The notes beneath the pieces were generated by a model. The model did no database searches, was not told the DNA's origin, and saw only the letters and a list, made by a program, of their open reading frames with translations. This document shows positions 26,173-38,619 of a stretch of DNA of 64,000 bases, piece by piece. Source of the DNA: Paramecium tetraurelia (lineage: Eukaryota). A program made the position numbers and the translations under genes. The stretch spans positions 248,001-312,000 of the forward strand of contig CT868307.1 of the NCBI GenBank assembly GCA_000165425.1. The letters run 5' to 3'. How positions within the stretch are numbered: the first letter of the stretch is position 1; every line of letters begins with the position of its first letter.

Positions 26173-26442
26173 ATGGAGAGTATGAAATAAGCTAAAGAAT
26201 AATTGTAGGATAAAGAATTGAATAATAACCGAACCATGAGATCAATAAGCGATAAAATCGATGACTTTTTCGGTTGGCAACATAATTATAAATAAGACAG
26301 TTTAGTAAGAGGAATTATTCATGGGTGTTATCATGGGTTGTGGGGTGTATTAAAATATATGGCATCAAATACAGTGGGATCTTAAAGAGAGTTTAAAAGA
26401 GCAAAAGATTAATTTTAAAGGAATGGAAGAGCTAGAGAATGA
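26173..26442 (+). CDS. Small hypothetical protein (89 aa)
   Basis: Intronless frame ...KIDDFFGWQHNYKQDSLVRGIIHGCYHGLWGVLKYMAS...RARE then TGA, with AT-rich flanks. Confidence 0.65.
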
Positions 26443-26506
26443 AAACTAAATATTTATTTCTATTATAAATATTGAATAATTAAATAAATTAAAAAATTAA
26501 TAGATA

Positions 26507-27308
26507 TCAGTTTCTTCTTTTCTTTTTTTGATCCTCATATTACTTGGGTAATTTTTTGAATGCTATATATCCCAAAAATAAAATAAAAGAAACAAACAAA
26601 AAGAACATAATGTATTGTAATGATTTTACTGATTTTAAGGAAAATCCAAATACTTTAGGTTCTAAATCAAAATTTCTTTTGAGAGTTGAATCATCATCCT
26701 CCTCGTCCTTGGAATCCATGGCTTTTTCGAAATCCTGTATGTATTGCCATATTTTTTCTTCTGCTTATGTAATATGCATATCCACCTTATCATTGCTATA
26801 ATCTTCTAATGACATGTTATCATAGATGAATCTGTAATCATCAAATTTGAATTCTTTAGACTAAATTTAAGAAAAGATCTTAGATATTAGAATTATTTTA
26901 CCTTAACACTATCATCATATGTAATACTCTTTTGACATTAACTGACATATGAAGTATAAATTTTCTTCCACACAATGCTTTACTCTTGTTTAGTTTAATG
27001 ACTATATTGATTAATGTGAAATACCTCTCAATAACTTTCATTAACTCAGACTTGTATCTTGATAGTTACATTCTAGCCAGAACTATACAAGAATAATTCA
27101 ATGTCTTTAATAAAGTTTATAGTGTATCTCTTTCTTTGATGATTTCTTCCTTGGTTCTTGATTTTGATTTGCCTTCAGCCACATTGCTGGCATTGATTTC
27201 ATCCTTAAGATTTTCAGATTCCTACTAAGTGGTCTCCTTTTATTTGAGGTCTTCTTAAGCTTAAGCAATGACTAAACAAGCAATGAGAATAAGAACTAAT
27301 AACTTCAT
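26507..27308 (-). CDS. Type I membrane protein with signal peptide
   Basis: Signal-like N-terminus MKLLVLILIACLVIAQ, C-terminal TM YIMFFLFVSFILFLGYIAF and basic tail QKKKRRN. Confidence 0.8.
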
Positions 27309-27450
27309 CACACTTGTATAAATATAAATTAATAAATTTGATGAGCAATTAGAAAATTGATAACAGATAGTTAATAATACACATAGACTAATTATTTGTA
27401 TTTAAATTATCAAAGTCTTTATAGTTAATCAACCAACATTATTGATTTTA

Positions 27451-29040
27451 ATGTCTATATAACATTAATAATTATTTTTAACACCGTTAATGTCACATAA
27501 TTTCGATGATGGAAGTGTTAACAACCTTTTAAAAGAGATAGACGATCTAATTAATAGGATGGGTGACCAGAATGAGAGTCACAAAAGTGATAATTCTTTT
27601 AAGGATTAATTAAGATAGACAGGCCGATTTGTGTTAGAGAATGAATAGCCATGTGATGTTCCTAAGAAATTCAGCACATCGATCCCTAAAAAATAAAATA
27701 ATTCCTAATAGAAGAGAGTTACGATTGTGGCAGAGAAGAAATCATCGTCGTCCTCTTCTTCTTCCTCTGATGAAGAGTATCAAGTTAATAAGAAAAAATT
27801 TAAAAAAGATAAATAAAAGCAACAGTCTAAATATAGTCCATGTAAGGCAAAATAGGCTGGATCGTAATGCTCTTACAGATCCAAAGCAAAATCAAATCTT
27901 AAATGCGAAACTCAATCTTAATTGTCACAAGTAAAAACTTAACAAAATTAATTACTTGTGCAGCCAGTCAAAGATGTATTTTGCTTAATTTGCGAAGAAT
28001 TTATTCCCATTGATATAGTTAATATTCATATGGCAGATTGCTAGTAAATTACTAATAGTGGCAATGAAAATCAAATGTTGAAACTAAAATTGGAAAACTA
28101 TAAAAAGCTTTTGAGTTTAAGATTCGAGGCAGCCTTTGATGAAAATGTTAAACAATTGATTGAACTATTATATAACTGCACTTAATAAATCCTTGATGTA
28201 TCTGATCAATATTAGCTTTCTCAAACTATTGAAGATTTATGTATTTTGAAGACCCAATTAAACTAAAATAGTAATTATGAATTATATACTAAGTCTAGCC
28301 AAAGCTTATCATGTTTTGACAGTGGCCTAAAAAATTTAGGAAATTGCTAATAGGAAAATGCAAGTTTTGATTTCAGAGTAGGAGAAGCATTCTGAAATCA
28401 GGGAACCATCAACAATATCATATTAGAATAAAATTAATATATAAAAATAAGAATAATTAGTTGAGTATGATATTAATCATTATTTTATAGTCGACAGACA
28501 ATTATTAGTTATGCTACTAACACTACTTCTAGGAAAAGATTGTTTGAATCACCATCATTTTAACATATGCCTAAATAACTAGTCAAAATGTCCAGTATTA
28601 ATGCAAAACCTATCTCACAAGTTTAGAACTAAAACAAATCACCAGTAAAATAAGAATAAATGAATTAAAAAACTGGTATTGAGTTTGGCAATAACTATGA
28701 CTCTTCCAAAAAGAGATCTTACATCTAGTTATCTAATTCAAAGAACCTATCTTAAGTTCACACCATATAAAATCATTAAGAGAACAATAGAGAATCTGAA
28801 CCTACCGTTATCTCTAAAATCTAATCATACATTTCAAATGTGAAAGGCAAGTTCTCAAATGAAAATGAATAAATTAAGAAGAAGTTCTTCCTCTAAGCAT
28901 GCAAATGCAAAGATAAGTTCCCTGTAAACCATCCTGCTTAAAATGTTCTAATTTCTGAAATGTTTAATCAAAGTTAAAGATAATAAATTCCAGAAAATGA
29001 ATGGGAAGTCTGGATTTATAATGTCCTTTAAAATGCTTGA
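27451..29040 (+). CDS. Hypothetical protein with a C2HC zinc-finger-like motif
   Basis: Long ciliate-code frame with CLICEEFIPIDIVNIHMADC and C-terminal HPAQNVLISEMF...IPENEWEVWI. The start may instead be at 27490. Confidence 0.7.
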
Positions 29041-29124
29041 ATTTAACTATATTAATTTTACAACATACATCATTATTATAATATATACTGAATGCTTATA
29101 TAATACATATTAAATCATGATTTA

Positions 29125-30439
29125 TCACTTTATAATTACTCTACTTTCAAGACAATGGTATGGTATAGGTACTAATTTAATGACACAATTGATTGGAATA
29201 TCGATATTGGGTATTTCACTTATCTAATTACAATGATAATAAGCATATAAACATCTAATAATATTAATACACTCTATACTTCAAAACAGCAACATGTGCT
29301 ATAATCAGAACAGGTTCTCTGGATCTTTCGATTTCATAGATTATAGGTTCTACTCTATGTATTACATCTAAGAATGATTCACCACGAGGATATTTAAATT
29401 CAAGGGGATTAGCTTTCCTTTCTTTGATCTATTTTGGATATTTAGCTGCTATTTCTTTAACTGTCAAACCATCGCATATGCCGTAATCAATCTCATCTAA
29501 ATTTTTTGTTTTTAATGCTTTTATTCCTAATTTTTCTCCAACTATTTCAGCTGTTTAGATTCCTCTTTTCATTTGAGATGAAAAAAATGTTATCTATTGA
29601 TGTTTTAAGATCTACTTACATTTTTATTTCCTTTTAGTTCTTCAATAAAATAATCACCTAATTATTGACTATGTTATCTTCCAGTTGCAGATAACTCTGG
29701 ATCTCCCCCTATCTTATCAAGTAAATGGTATTCTGTCTAGCATGATCTTACCAAATATATTTATCTATTGTTTGCGTGTAAATTCAAAAGAAACGACACT
29801 ATTTTAGAACACAAATAACCCTCCAACATATGTACTTTCACCAGTTTGCCAATATTTATTAGTTTGATGTATGATAGGTTTTCAATGTTTTCGAGACTTT
29901 GATAATCTTTAGCTAACACATTGATGTGATTTGTAAATGATTCAATTGTTTTATCTTAAAATCTACTTAATTTTGATTCATTAAAATTATTAAGAATTAC
30001 TTGAGGATCATCACAAATAGATTCTACCCAGAATGTTTGATATTCTAATTTGAGTGTCTCTTTAAAAAGCGATTTCAATTTTTGTCTGTCAGCCTTAGTA
30101 CTCGTTAAACCATTATATAATGCTATATCTCCATCATTTTATAAGAATTGCACTAGTTGTTGGGCAGCTATTTAAGATAGTTGTTGTCTGACTTCTACAA
30201 ACTAAGTTTAAGACCTCACTTACTTACTGATTAGCTGGATCTATTTCTAGCTCATAATCTATTTTTTGATCAAATCCATCATTATTTTGTTATGCTCCTT
30301 TTATTGAAAAGATTTCGCTTTTATATCCAATCCAATTCAAGTATCTATTTAATTTGTAAGATATATGTGTTTTCCCCCTAGCTGGCAATCCAACCAATAC
30401 CAAAATCAATTTATATTGCGTCTTCTTATATTGCTGCAT
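29125..30439 (-). CDS. 6-phosphofructo-2-kinase/fructose-2,6-bisphosphatase family protein (divergent active sites)
   Basis: P-loop [50 protein letters not shown] and IIAHVAVL. Confidence 0.93.
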
Positions 30440-30553
30440 AATTAATGTAATAATAATAGTGAATAATAATTAATTGTTATAGATAATTTCTTATAATACT
30501 AATGATAATTTGTTATTGGGTGTTTATGTACTATATAATTTATGTATACGATA

Positions 30554-31023
30554 TCATTATTGCTTTTTGCCTTGAGCCTTCTTTTTATCTCCACCCTATT
30601 ATGGTTTTCCTTTTTATTAAGGTTATGCTTATTCCTTTTATTCCTTGGGTTGCTACTTCTTTTAATCCTTCTTCTCTTCCTTAATATCAACTTCTGCATC
30701 TTCCTTCAATTTCTTGATTCTAAGCATACCTTGCTTAGCAGATAATCCAGCTGGAGTACTAATGATAATTATTTTTTATACTTCACTTCCCAAGCTCCTC
30801 CTGCAATCTATAATCCAGTTTGAGTGCATCTCCATATGCCAATGGCCTGTCTCTTTAAAGAATGCTAAATAATATTGTGACACATTAATACAGCTCCAGT
30901 GAAGGTGTTGAAATATCTTTGATGTTATGAGATTTCAAATTTCTTGATGATCTTTCTCAATGATGCACCATACCTAGTACCATACTTTCCTGTGATTCCC
31001 ACCTTCTTGGTCTTTTTAGTCAT
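30554..31023 (-). CDS. RPL37A: 60S ribosomal protein L37a (eL43) with C-terminal extension
   Basis: Reads [24 protein letters not shown]...KRQAIGIW...IAGGAW. Introns at 30865-30891 and 30759-30781. Confidence 0.97.
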
Positions 31024-31126
31024 TATTTATAATAATTTTAAAAATCTTTAATTTATTTATCAAATATTAAGAACCAAGAAAATAATGCCATTGATTGAAA
31101 TAAAGAATGTAATTTTATAACTGTGT

Positions 31127-33828
31127 TCATAAATTAATCTTTTTTCCATGTGTTTTCGATCTTTCAAATTTTTGCAATCTAACAAATGCGTATTTACTTG
31201 GAACCATATGTTTTCTCAATAATCTACATTTCTTTTAGCATCTAAGAAGGCCTTCTATGACCTTATTATGATTGCCATCTGGAAAATAGTTCCCATACAA
31301 TATCAACTTGTCCAATCCATCCATAATTTGAAACGGCTCTTAATTCACATCAACCTCATAACCTGAAGACTGTTTATTAAAATTCTAGGTGTAAACAATT
31401 GATGAATTTCTTTTAACAGATTCCCTCCTTTTAATAACAGCATTGTTATTAACCATAGCACTATCTGGAAAGAAGTAACTCTTTTTTTATTTCTATCCGT
31501 ATCTAAGAATTTCTGCTGGACGTGCCTTTGGAGACTCTGCTGGTTGCACTGGCGATAAAACCAATGGCCGCAACTTAACCGTTGTTCTCTTGTTATCATT
31601 AGGGTAGCAGTAAGACAAAGTAAGCACTTGATCACTTTTCTTCTCATATTTTATGCTATCGTCTCCTGATTCAATAGATTCAGAAATTGAACCCACTTAT
31701 TATATGCCACTCGCAACTGGCTAGCTTATCTCAATCTCATTCGAAGTTCTAATGTGTCTTGTACTTTAATAGATGCTATCCTATCTAAACACCTTTAAGC
31801 GATCTCCTTTCCTTTTAAAATGCGACCTGTCCTAATAGGTTTCCTTCACGAACTCTTATTTTATCACTCTCTCTAAGTCTGGCTTATAGTGAATGTAAGG
31901 ACATTTCCAAATGCAGTGAGCTTCCTGACAGCAATAGCACTCTAAAGGAGAAGATTGATATTGGAAGAGAATAGAATCTTTCAATTGATGGAACTGCTAA
32001 AAGTCATTATTATAGGAATTGAGAATCTTGAGAAATTGCACTCTAGATAAGTAGTATATTTGACTAAAATCACAGCTGATGGCAGTTCCTTGTCTTCTCT
32101 TGTTTGTCAGGAATTCTATTTCCCCAAAACATTGCCCAGTTGTAAATCGCCTTAATATTTTGCCAGAATTATCGTCAATCAGATTTACCTCTCCTTTCCA
32201 AACTATATAGATGCAACACTCATCCAATTGATTCTATTAATAAATTATTTCTCTGGGAGTGTAGGATTAAAGATTTAATTCGCATGCTATTTAAGGCAAG
32301 ATTTCTTCAGAGAAATTTTTATTGAAAAAGGGAATGCATTGCATCACTCTAAACTAAACATCCTATATGAGTTCTTGCTTTAAATTTGAAGGCAATTTAT
32401 CAATAATGCCGCTGATTTCATTTTTGTATAGTTTCTCTTATTTGTGGAAATGGTATTTTAAATAATTACGTATTCTACCTTATAATTATTCTTCCACTTA
32501 ATTGTTATTCATGTACTAATTGATCAACAATAGAGTCCTTTTATACTGTTGCTTTTGAGCATCCATGTTAGTAAAAATGGACCCTATTTGGTTCATGGAA
32601 AATGCGAAAATACCACTTGAAAATATCATAAGTATGATGGCACACAACACTTCGTATATATTTTTACCAGAAATGTCTCCGTATCCAACTGTCACCATTG
32701 TAGTTGTAGCCCAATAGAATGAGTAAACATACATTTGTAAGGTGTTGGAATTGTCGAATTATGGATCTTAGGTCCAAGATATCTATTCTGATTGAGCACT
32801 CTTAACACCAACGTAATGCCAAACACAAGCCATAAAGTGAGCAAAGTAGAATGTAATGATGATTAGTTGAATTAGATTTAAAACTTCAGTTAATTGAGTG
32901 GATTCCACAAAGGTTTCCTCATACTTATTGAGGTATTTCTTGAGTTTAATAAAATTCAATCCAAATTACACTAAAACGATTACTTCCTAAAAGGAGTAAG
33001 TATTAATTCCAATATCACTAATAACAAATATTAAAGTTATGAAATAAATGACATCTTCGTATAATTCATTTTTTATATAAGATTTAATTATGTGAACTCT
33101 TTTTTTGATTAATTTACCTTAATCAAATATCCCTCTATTAAATTTAATAGCTAAATCAGCTCCGAACAAGTATGTTAAAGAACTTTCAAAGGCCTCAATG
33201 CTTGAATTAGAGGATGGATTAAATGCTATTTTATAAGGAAGCCACCACAACAATATTGTCAACTAGATGGCTCTGCAGAATTCCCAAAAGATCATGAATT
33301 TGCTTGCTGGATTAAAGACTGGCAATTTCTTTGAAATTGTATTTTTAGGATTGTCGTCTTGTTGTTGTAATTATTTTGACTTTCTCCAATTTTTTTTTAT
33401 TTTAGCAAAAAATTCTGGCAAATGCTCTGTTATTTGTTTGCTCTTGTGTTTAGGATATATGTATGCTCTTTTCTTAAGTTTCTCTATAAATGAGTTGACA
33501 TGGTTATTAACGAGAAGCATCTTTAGCATTCCTGTACTTTTGTATACTCTGATTTTATCAATCTGATGATGAAATGTTTTTGAAGTAATCACATCTTTTC
33601 CTTAATTGTTTGAGTTGCTGGCGTTTCTGAATCGAATGTTTTGCAGAGAATCCATTTATGGGATTGAGTCATAATCAGAATTTTCTTTAAATGGAATGTC
33701 CTACATATCCATTTAAATTAATTGCGGTCTGAAAGTATCTGACATTCTAGATGAGCCTAATTTGAAAGACAAATAAAACCTGGAATTTTAAATTCATTAT
33801 ACAGGGTCTACTCCATATCATCAGTCAT
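31127..33828 (-). CDS. CNBD-type K+ channel, copy 4
   Basis: Contains AHFMACVWH, pore YWATTTMVTVGYGDI and CNBD FGEIEFLTNKRRQGTA. Confidence 0.92.
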
Positions 33829-33934
33829 TTTAAATACGAATACAAATTTATATTGAATATATATATTTTAATAATTTTGGACACATATAATAAAAGAGAA
33901 AGAAATTACTAATGATCACGGATTCATAAAATTG

Positions 33935-36578
33935 TCACTCAATACTCTTTTCCTTGTAAAATCACCTAAAGTTTCAGTTACTAAAACTTTCCTAGTTTTG
34001 TTTTATTTTTTTGAAGCCAACAAAACAACCTCCAAATTATTTTACGGAAAATAAATCTAATAATTTTGAATTTTCTCAAAATTTTAAATTGTTAGCTTGA
34101 TAAATTCTTATGCCAATTATTCTATTTAATTTAGCGATTGAATCTGAATTTGATGATTTGACAGTTAATTTTTATATTTTAATGATGGTAATTCTAATAG
34201 TTGAGGATTGCTTAATTTATTTTGACTTAATTGTTATTATTATTATTATTATTATTGTTGTTATTGTTATTATTATTATTATTCATTTAGAATATCAAGA
34301 TTACTCCAAGGAAAAGATGGACTATCAAACGCCCTTTCCTCTTCAACATGCAATAATTACCCAAAATTTTTCAGATTAATTATTCTAGTTTTGTGTTATC
34401 TTGAAGGACTTCTTTCAGGTTAAACATCTTTAAAAGAAGACGAACCATTTAATCCAGAATGTTCATCTTCTATTAATTCGGAATTAGATTTCAAAGTTTG
34501 AAATTAACAAAACGCTTTCTTTTCTTTCGATCTCTTAAACTTTTGCCTGTTTGATACCTCCTCTTAAACTCTCTACTTTCTTATTAAGATCTCTAAATTC
34601 GGCTTATATTAACAAATGGAACAATCCAAAATGAAATGAGCTTCCGAACAACAATAACATGTCGAAATTTAATCTATTTTTCCAAACATATATTGATCTT
34701 TTAATTTATGAAATTACTCAAAATCATAATCAGAGTATTTTATTATCTTAAGAAACACTTCTCGCGATATCTTCAATACCTAACTCAAGTCTTTGCTTAT
34801 GGCTGTAAATTACCTATTCTGTTAGGTTAAAAATTCAACTTCTCCAAAACTTTACCCTTTTGTTAGAGTCGCCACAATTTTACCTGATTGAGTCTCTACG
34901 ATTAATACTTCCCCTTTCCAAACTGTGAAGAGACTACAATCATCTAATTGGCCTTATTGATAAATGATTTCTTTAGGAGTTAGAGATTAAAGTTGCAAAG
35001 ATTAGGATATAAAGGGAATAACATTCTTAGAGAAATTAGATTTATAAAAGGAAATTTCCTACATGATTTTTGATTGAATATTTGTTTTTAAGTCGGCAAA
35101 AATGTTGGGTGGAAGTTTCTATAAAATTAAATCTAATTGTTCTTTAGATGTCTCTAATTTAATTTATTCTTAATATTACAAATAATTTCTGATTCTACTT
35201 TACACTTATTAATCCACTTAATTCTTTTGCATATAATCATTTATCAATAAGATTGCTCGCTTGTAATTCTATTTTTCAGCATCAATGTTATTGAAGATTT
35301 CGCCAATTTGATTGATAGCAAATGCAAACATGCCTGTTGAAAAAATCATAAGGATCGTTGCACACAAGATCTCATGGTTATTTTAAGCAGAAACATCACC
35401 ATAACCCACAGTAACCATAGTTGCTGTAGCCCAATAGATTGAATACAAATAATAAGATCCAGAGTCTGATAGTTTAAATTAGGTTTGAGTAGTCCAAGAT
35501 GAATCAAAACTCTTCAAACTTTCCACACCAATATAATACCATATGCAAGCCATAAAATGGGCGAAATAGAATAACGTAATTATGAGTTATACCAAGTCTG
35601 CAAATTGGGTGTAACTGGTTTTGGTGGCAAATGTTTCCTCGAACTTTTGTATTTTTCTTTTTAGTTTAATGAAATTCATTAAGAATTGGAGGAATACAAA
35701 AAGTTCATAAAAAATTGAAATATTGAGCATGATTTCGTAAATGATAAACAGTTAGGTTGTTATGTATATTGTGTCTTCGATTAGTTCGTTTAAAATGTAA
35801 TGCTTGAGAATCTCGGCTCTATTCATTATAAATTCTCCTTCCTTTATGTATCCTTGATTCAATTTCAGCAAGACATCAAAAACAAAAATATAAATTAAAA
35901 TAGTTTCGATAGTTTCAAAACTGTAATTCGGTTTGAATGCTACTTTAAAAGGGAGCCACCACATAAGGAACATGAGTTGCATTGCTCTAAATAAATTCCA
36001 GTATAGCATGAGTTGTCCAGTTGGATTAAGAGTGGACAAGGTCTACTATTGCTGAGATTTGGTAAGTATAATTTTTTGTTAATTGGAAATTCTTTTATTT
36101 TCGATATAATTTTCTTTGAGAAAGTTTTTCATTTTATTTGGTACTATTGTGGGTAATATGTAAGCTTGCTTTCTTAACCTATCAATAAATCTCCGAATTA
36201 AAGCTTCTTTGTAGAACATTTTTGATAACTTTGTACTTTTCTGGAGTTTTTGAGGCTCAATAGCATCCTTTTTGGTGTTAATCAAAGCCCATTCATTATT
36301 TTTATTGATCTGGTGATATCGAAAATATGTACTTTCTTAACGTGGATACTTCCACGAGGATTGAAAGGTGGACGTTGCAATTAGTGAATTTCAGCAGATG
36401 GGAATTAGACTGATCCAATTGACCCAGTATTACTTTTAATTGGAGCATTAGAAAAATCTGGTTTAATTTGTTAAGGTCTAAAAGAATCACTTGGTTTTGG
36501 AGAAACTTTTGAGAATAAGAGATAGAGTTTACATGAACAAAAATCGATAGAATCATAGGACTCACGATTGTCTTGCAT
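33935..36578 (-). CDS. CNBD-type K+ channel, copy 5
   Basis: Contains AHFMACIWY, pore YWATATMVTVGYGDV, CNBD FGEVEFLT and a C-terminal poly-Q tract. Confidence 0.92.
34231..34281 (-). repeat. (TAA/CAA)17 microsatellite encoding poly-Gln
   Basis: 13 TAA and 4 CAA codons in frame within channel copy 5. Confidence 0.9.
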
Positions 36579-36765
36579 AATTTGAAATGATTTATATATA
36601 TAATAAATTGAAATTCAATATTGATTGTAATAAAGGAATAATTTGGTTTCTACTTGGGAGAAAATGTATATATAATAAGTGATTATGTATTCAAATTAAT
36701 AATATATATATATGTATTAGATTTGAACTAAGTTATTTAGAGGTCTAATTAATTAAATATAAAAA

Positions 36766-38562
36766 ATGACCGCTCCTTCCTCATTTACAATTTTGACTTT
36801 CGGAGGTTTCATTCTTTTCTCTATAGCTGGAATTGCAATCTCCAACAAGTAAGAATTAAAACTATGAAGTTAAATCTATCAAACTACTTTGAAGCTGCTT
36901 CTGACCATAGTGTTAGTCGTGAAGATTTATGAATTTTTCTCCAAAAGCAAAAATGAGAAACCAGTTATGATTAAGTCACCATAAAAGCAAATCAATTTTA
37001 GTGCATTCGAAAGGAATTAAGAGTTCATCAAATAGCCAGAATATCGTGGTATTTGATTATTGTAATCATTAAGTGCAATAATCGGAAATGATTAACACTC
37101 AAACAGAGTCTGTTGAAAGACAAGTCCCTAAAGAGAGAGAAAGAATCTTGAGTAAGGAGCAAAGAAAAAATAATATGAAAATGCGTAATATATTTGATCG
37201 TTATTATTGCAGATTTTATGTAAGACAGAGACAATGAGGAATGGCCTATGCAATTTAAAAATGGCACTTATAGACAGTATTATCCGGATGATACTCGATC
37301 ATAATATAGTTTGGCTCAAACTTAGTCGTATTAATAAATTCAAACACTGGGTATGAGCACCTATAATAGTAAACAATAACATGGTACTCCAGATTATGAA
37401 ATTCAATAGAAGAGTAAGAATTCAGAGGTGATCTTATCTAAACTCATAAAAAAAATGAGTGATGCTCATCAAAAGGCAGAAGAACTATTTATGAATTCAT
37501 TTATTCCCACATTTGTTCGAGAATTTTAGGATCATCTCGTTAACGTGAATAGAATGATGAAGGAACATTTTCAACAGAAAATAATTGAAATTGATATCTT
37601 CTTTGCCAATAAACCCTATGATATTAATTCCAATAAACATGAGAAGTCTATTGGACTCAAAAGTGTCACTATGGAGGATGTGTTCTTTCTCAAGAATAAA
37701 ATTAAAAGTAAATCAAGAGAACCGGTAAAAGCACCAGCTAATGTTGAGAAATTTGCAAAAGAGAAAGCAGAATTCATTAAGGAATGTGATCTCTTGGAAT
37801 TGTTTTGCAATATTTTAGATGTGTCTCTCATCAACAGAAAAATAATTAATGATAAAAAACTATTCTTGACCAAATTAATCGATTTTTCAGAACACAATTG
37901 TAAACCAAAATATCTCTCTGATGGTTTGAATGAGAAAATAGTTAGCGATTATGAAGTAAGATCTTATTTATATGGAGTTACTCTTTACTGTCTTTATCAA
38001 TGTTCTCTTAAAATGTATAAGATATGAAAAACAAAAATATAATAAGGAAAATAATGAACTAAATCTAAATGCATGGAAATTTATTGAAGTCAGCTTAATT
38101 GGACTTGAGAGTCTAGGAAACACTGAATCTGCACCTCACAATGTAGCCTCAAATTAGAATGAATCTTCAAATCAAACACAAAAATAAACTGAATAAATTA
38201 AGTAAAAATATATACATTTTTAAATTAGGAATCTAATTATCAATCAAAAATTAGAATAATATGTTTCTGAACCTTAATTTCATTATTACAGTGATTGCAT
38301 AGTCAAGGCGTTAACTAAGGATAAGGAGATTAAGACATTCAAGTAGGAGTACGTACTGTATACTCCAAGAGTAATAAATTTGGTTATTGATCTTAGGATT
38401 AAAACTCATTGTTTTGTTTAATAAGCTATTATTTACTTCATTTGTTGAATGTTCCCAAATAGCATTGGTAATAATTGTAATAGATGGGAAATGGATTAAA
38501 AAATGATTAAATGCTTGATTAGAATGGCCAAGGATTTTTCATATTTAGTAGCAAATGTGTGA
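36766..38562 (+). CDS. Membrane protein, possibly TMEM209/PNET1-like
   Basis: Two N-terminal hydrophobic segments and several tiny introns. C-terminal blocks KLIDFSEHNC...SDYELLFTVFINVL and PRDQNSLFCLISYYL. The exact 3' end is uncertain. Confidence 0.7.
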
Positions 38563-38619
38563 TTTAATTATATAAATTATAATTTAAAAATATATATGAA
38601 TCTAAGATACTGTTGAGGG

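Noticed and set aside
34110..34379. Hydrophobic poly-Ile ORF suggesting a membrane peptide
   Set aside because: It is the antisense reading of the TAA/CAA poly-Q tract of channel copy 5.
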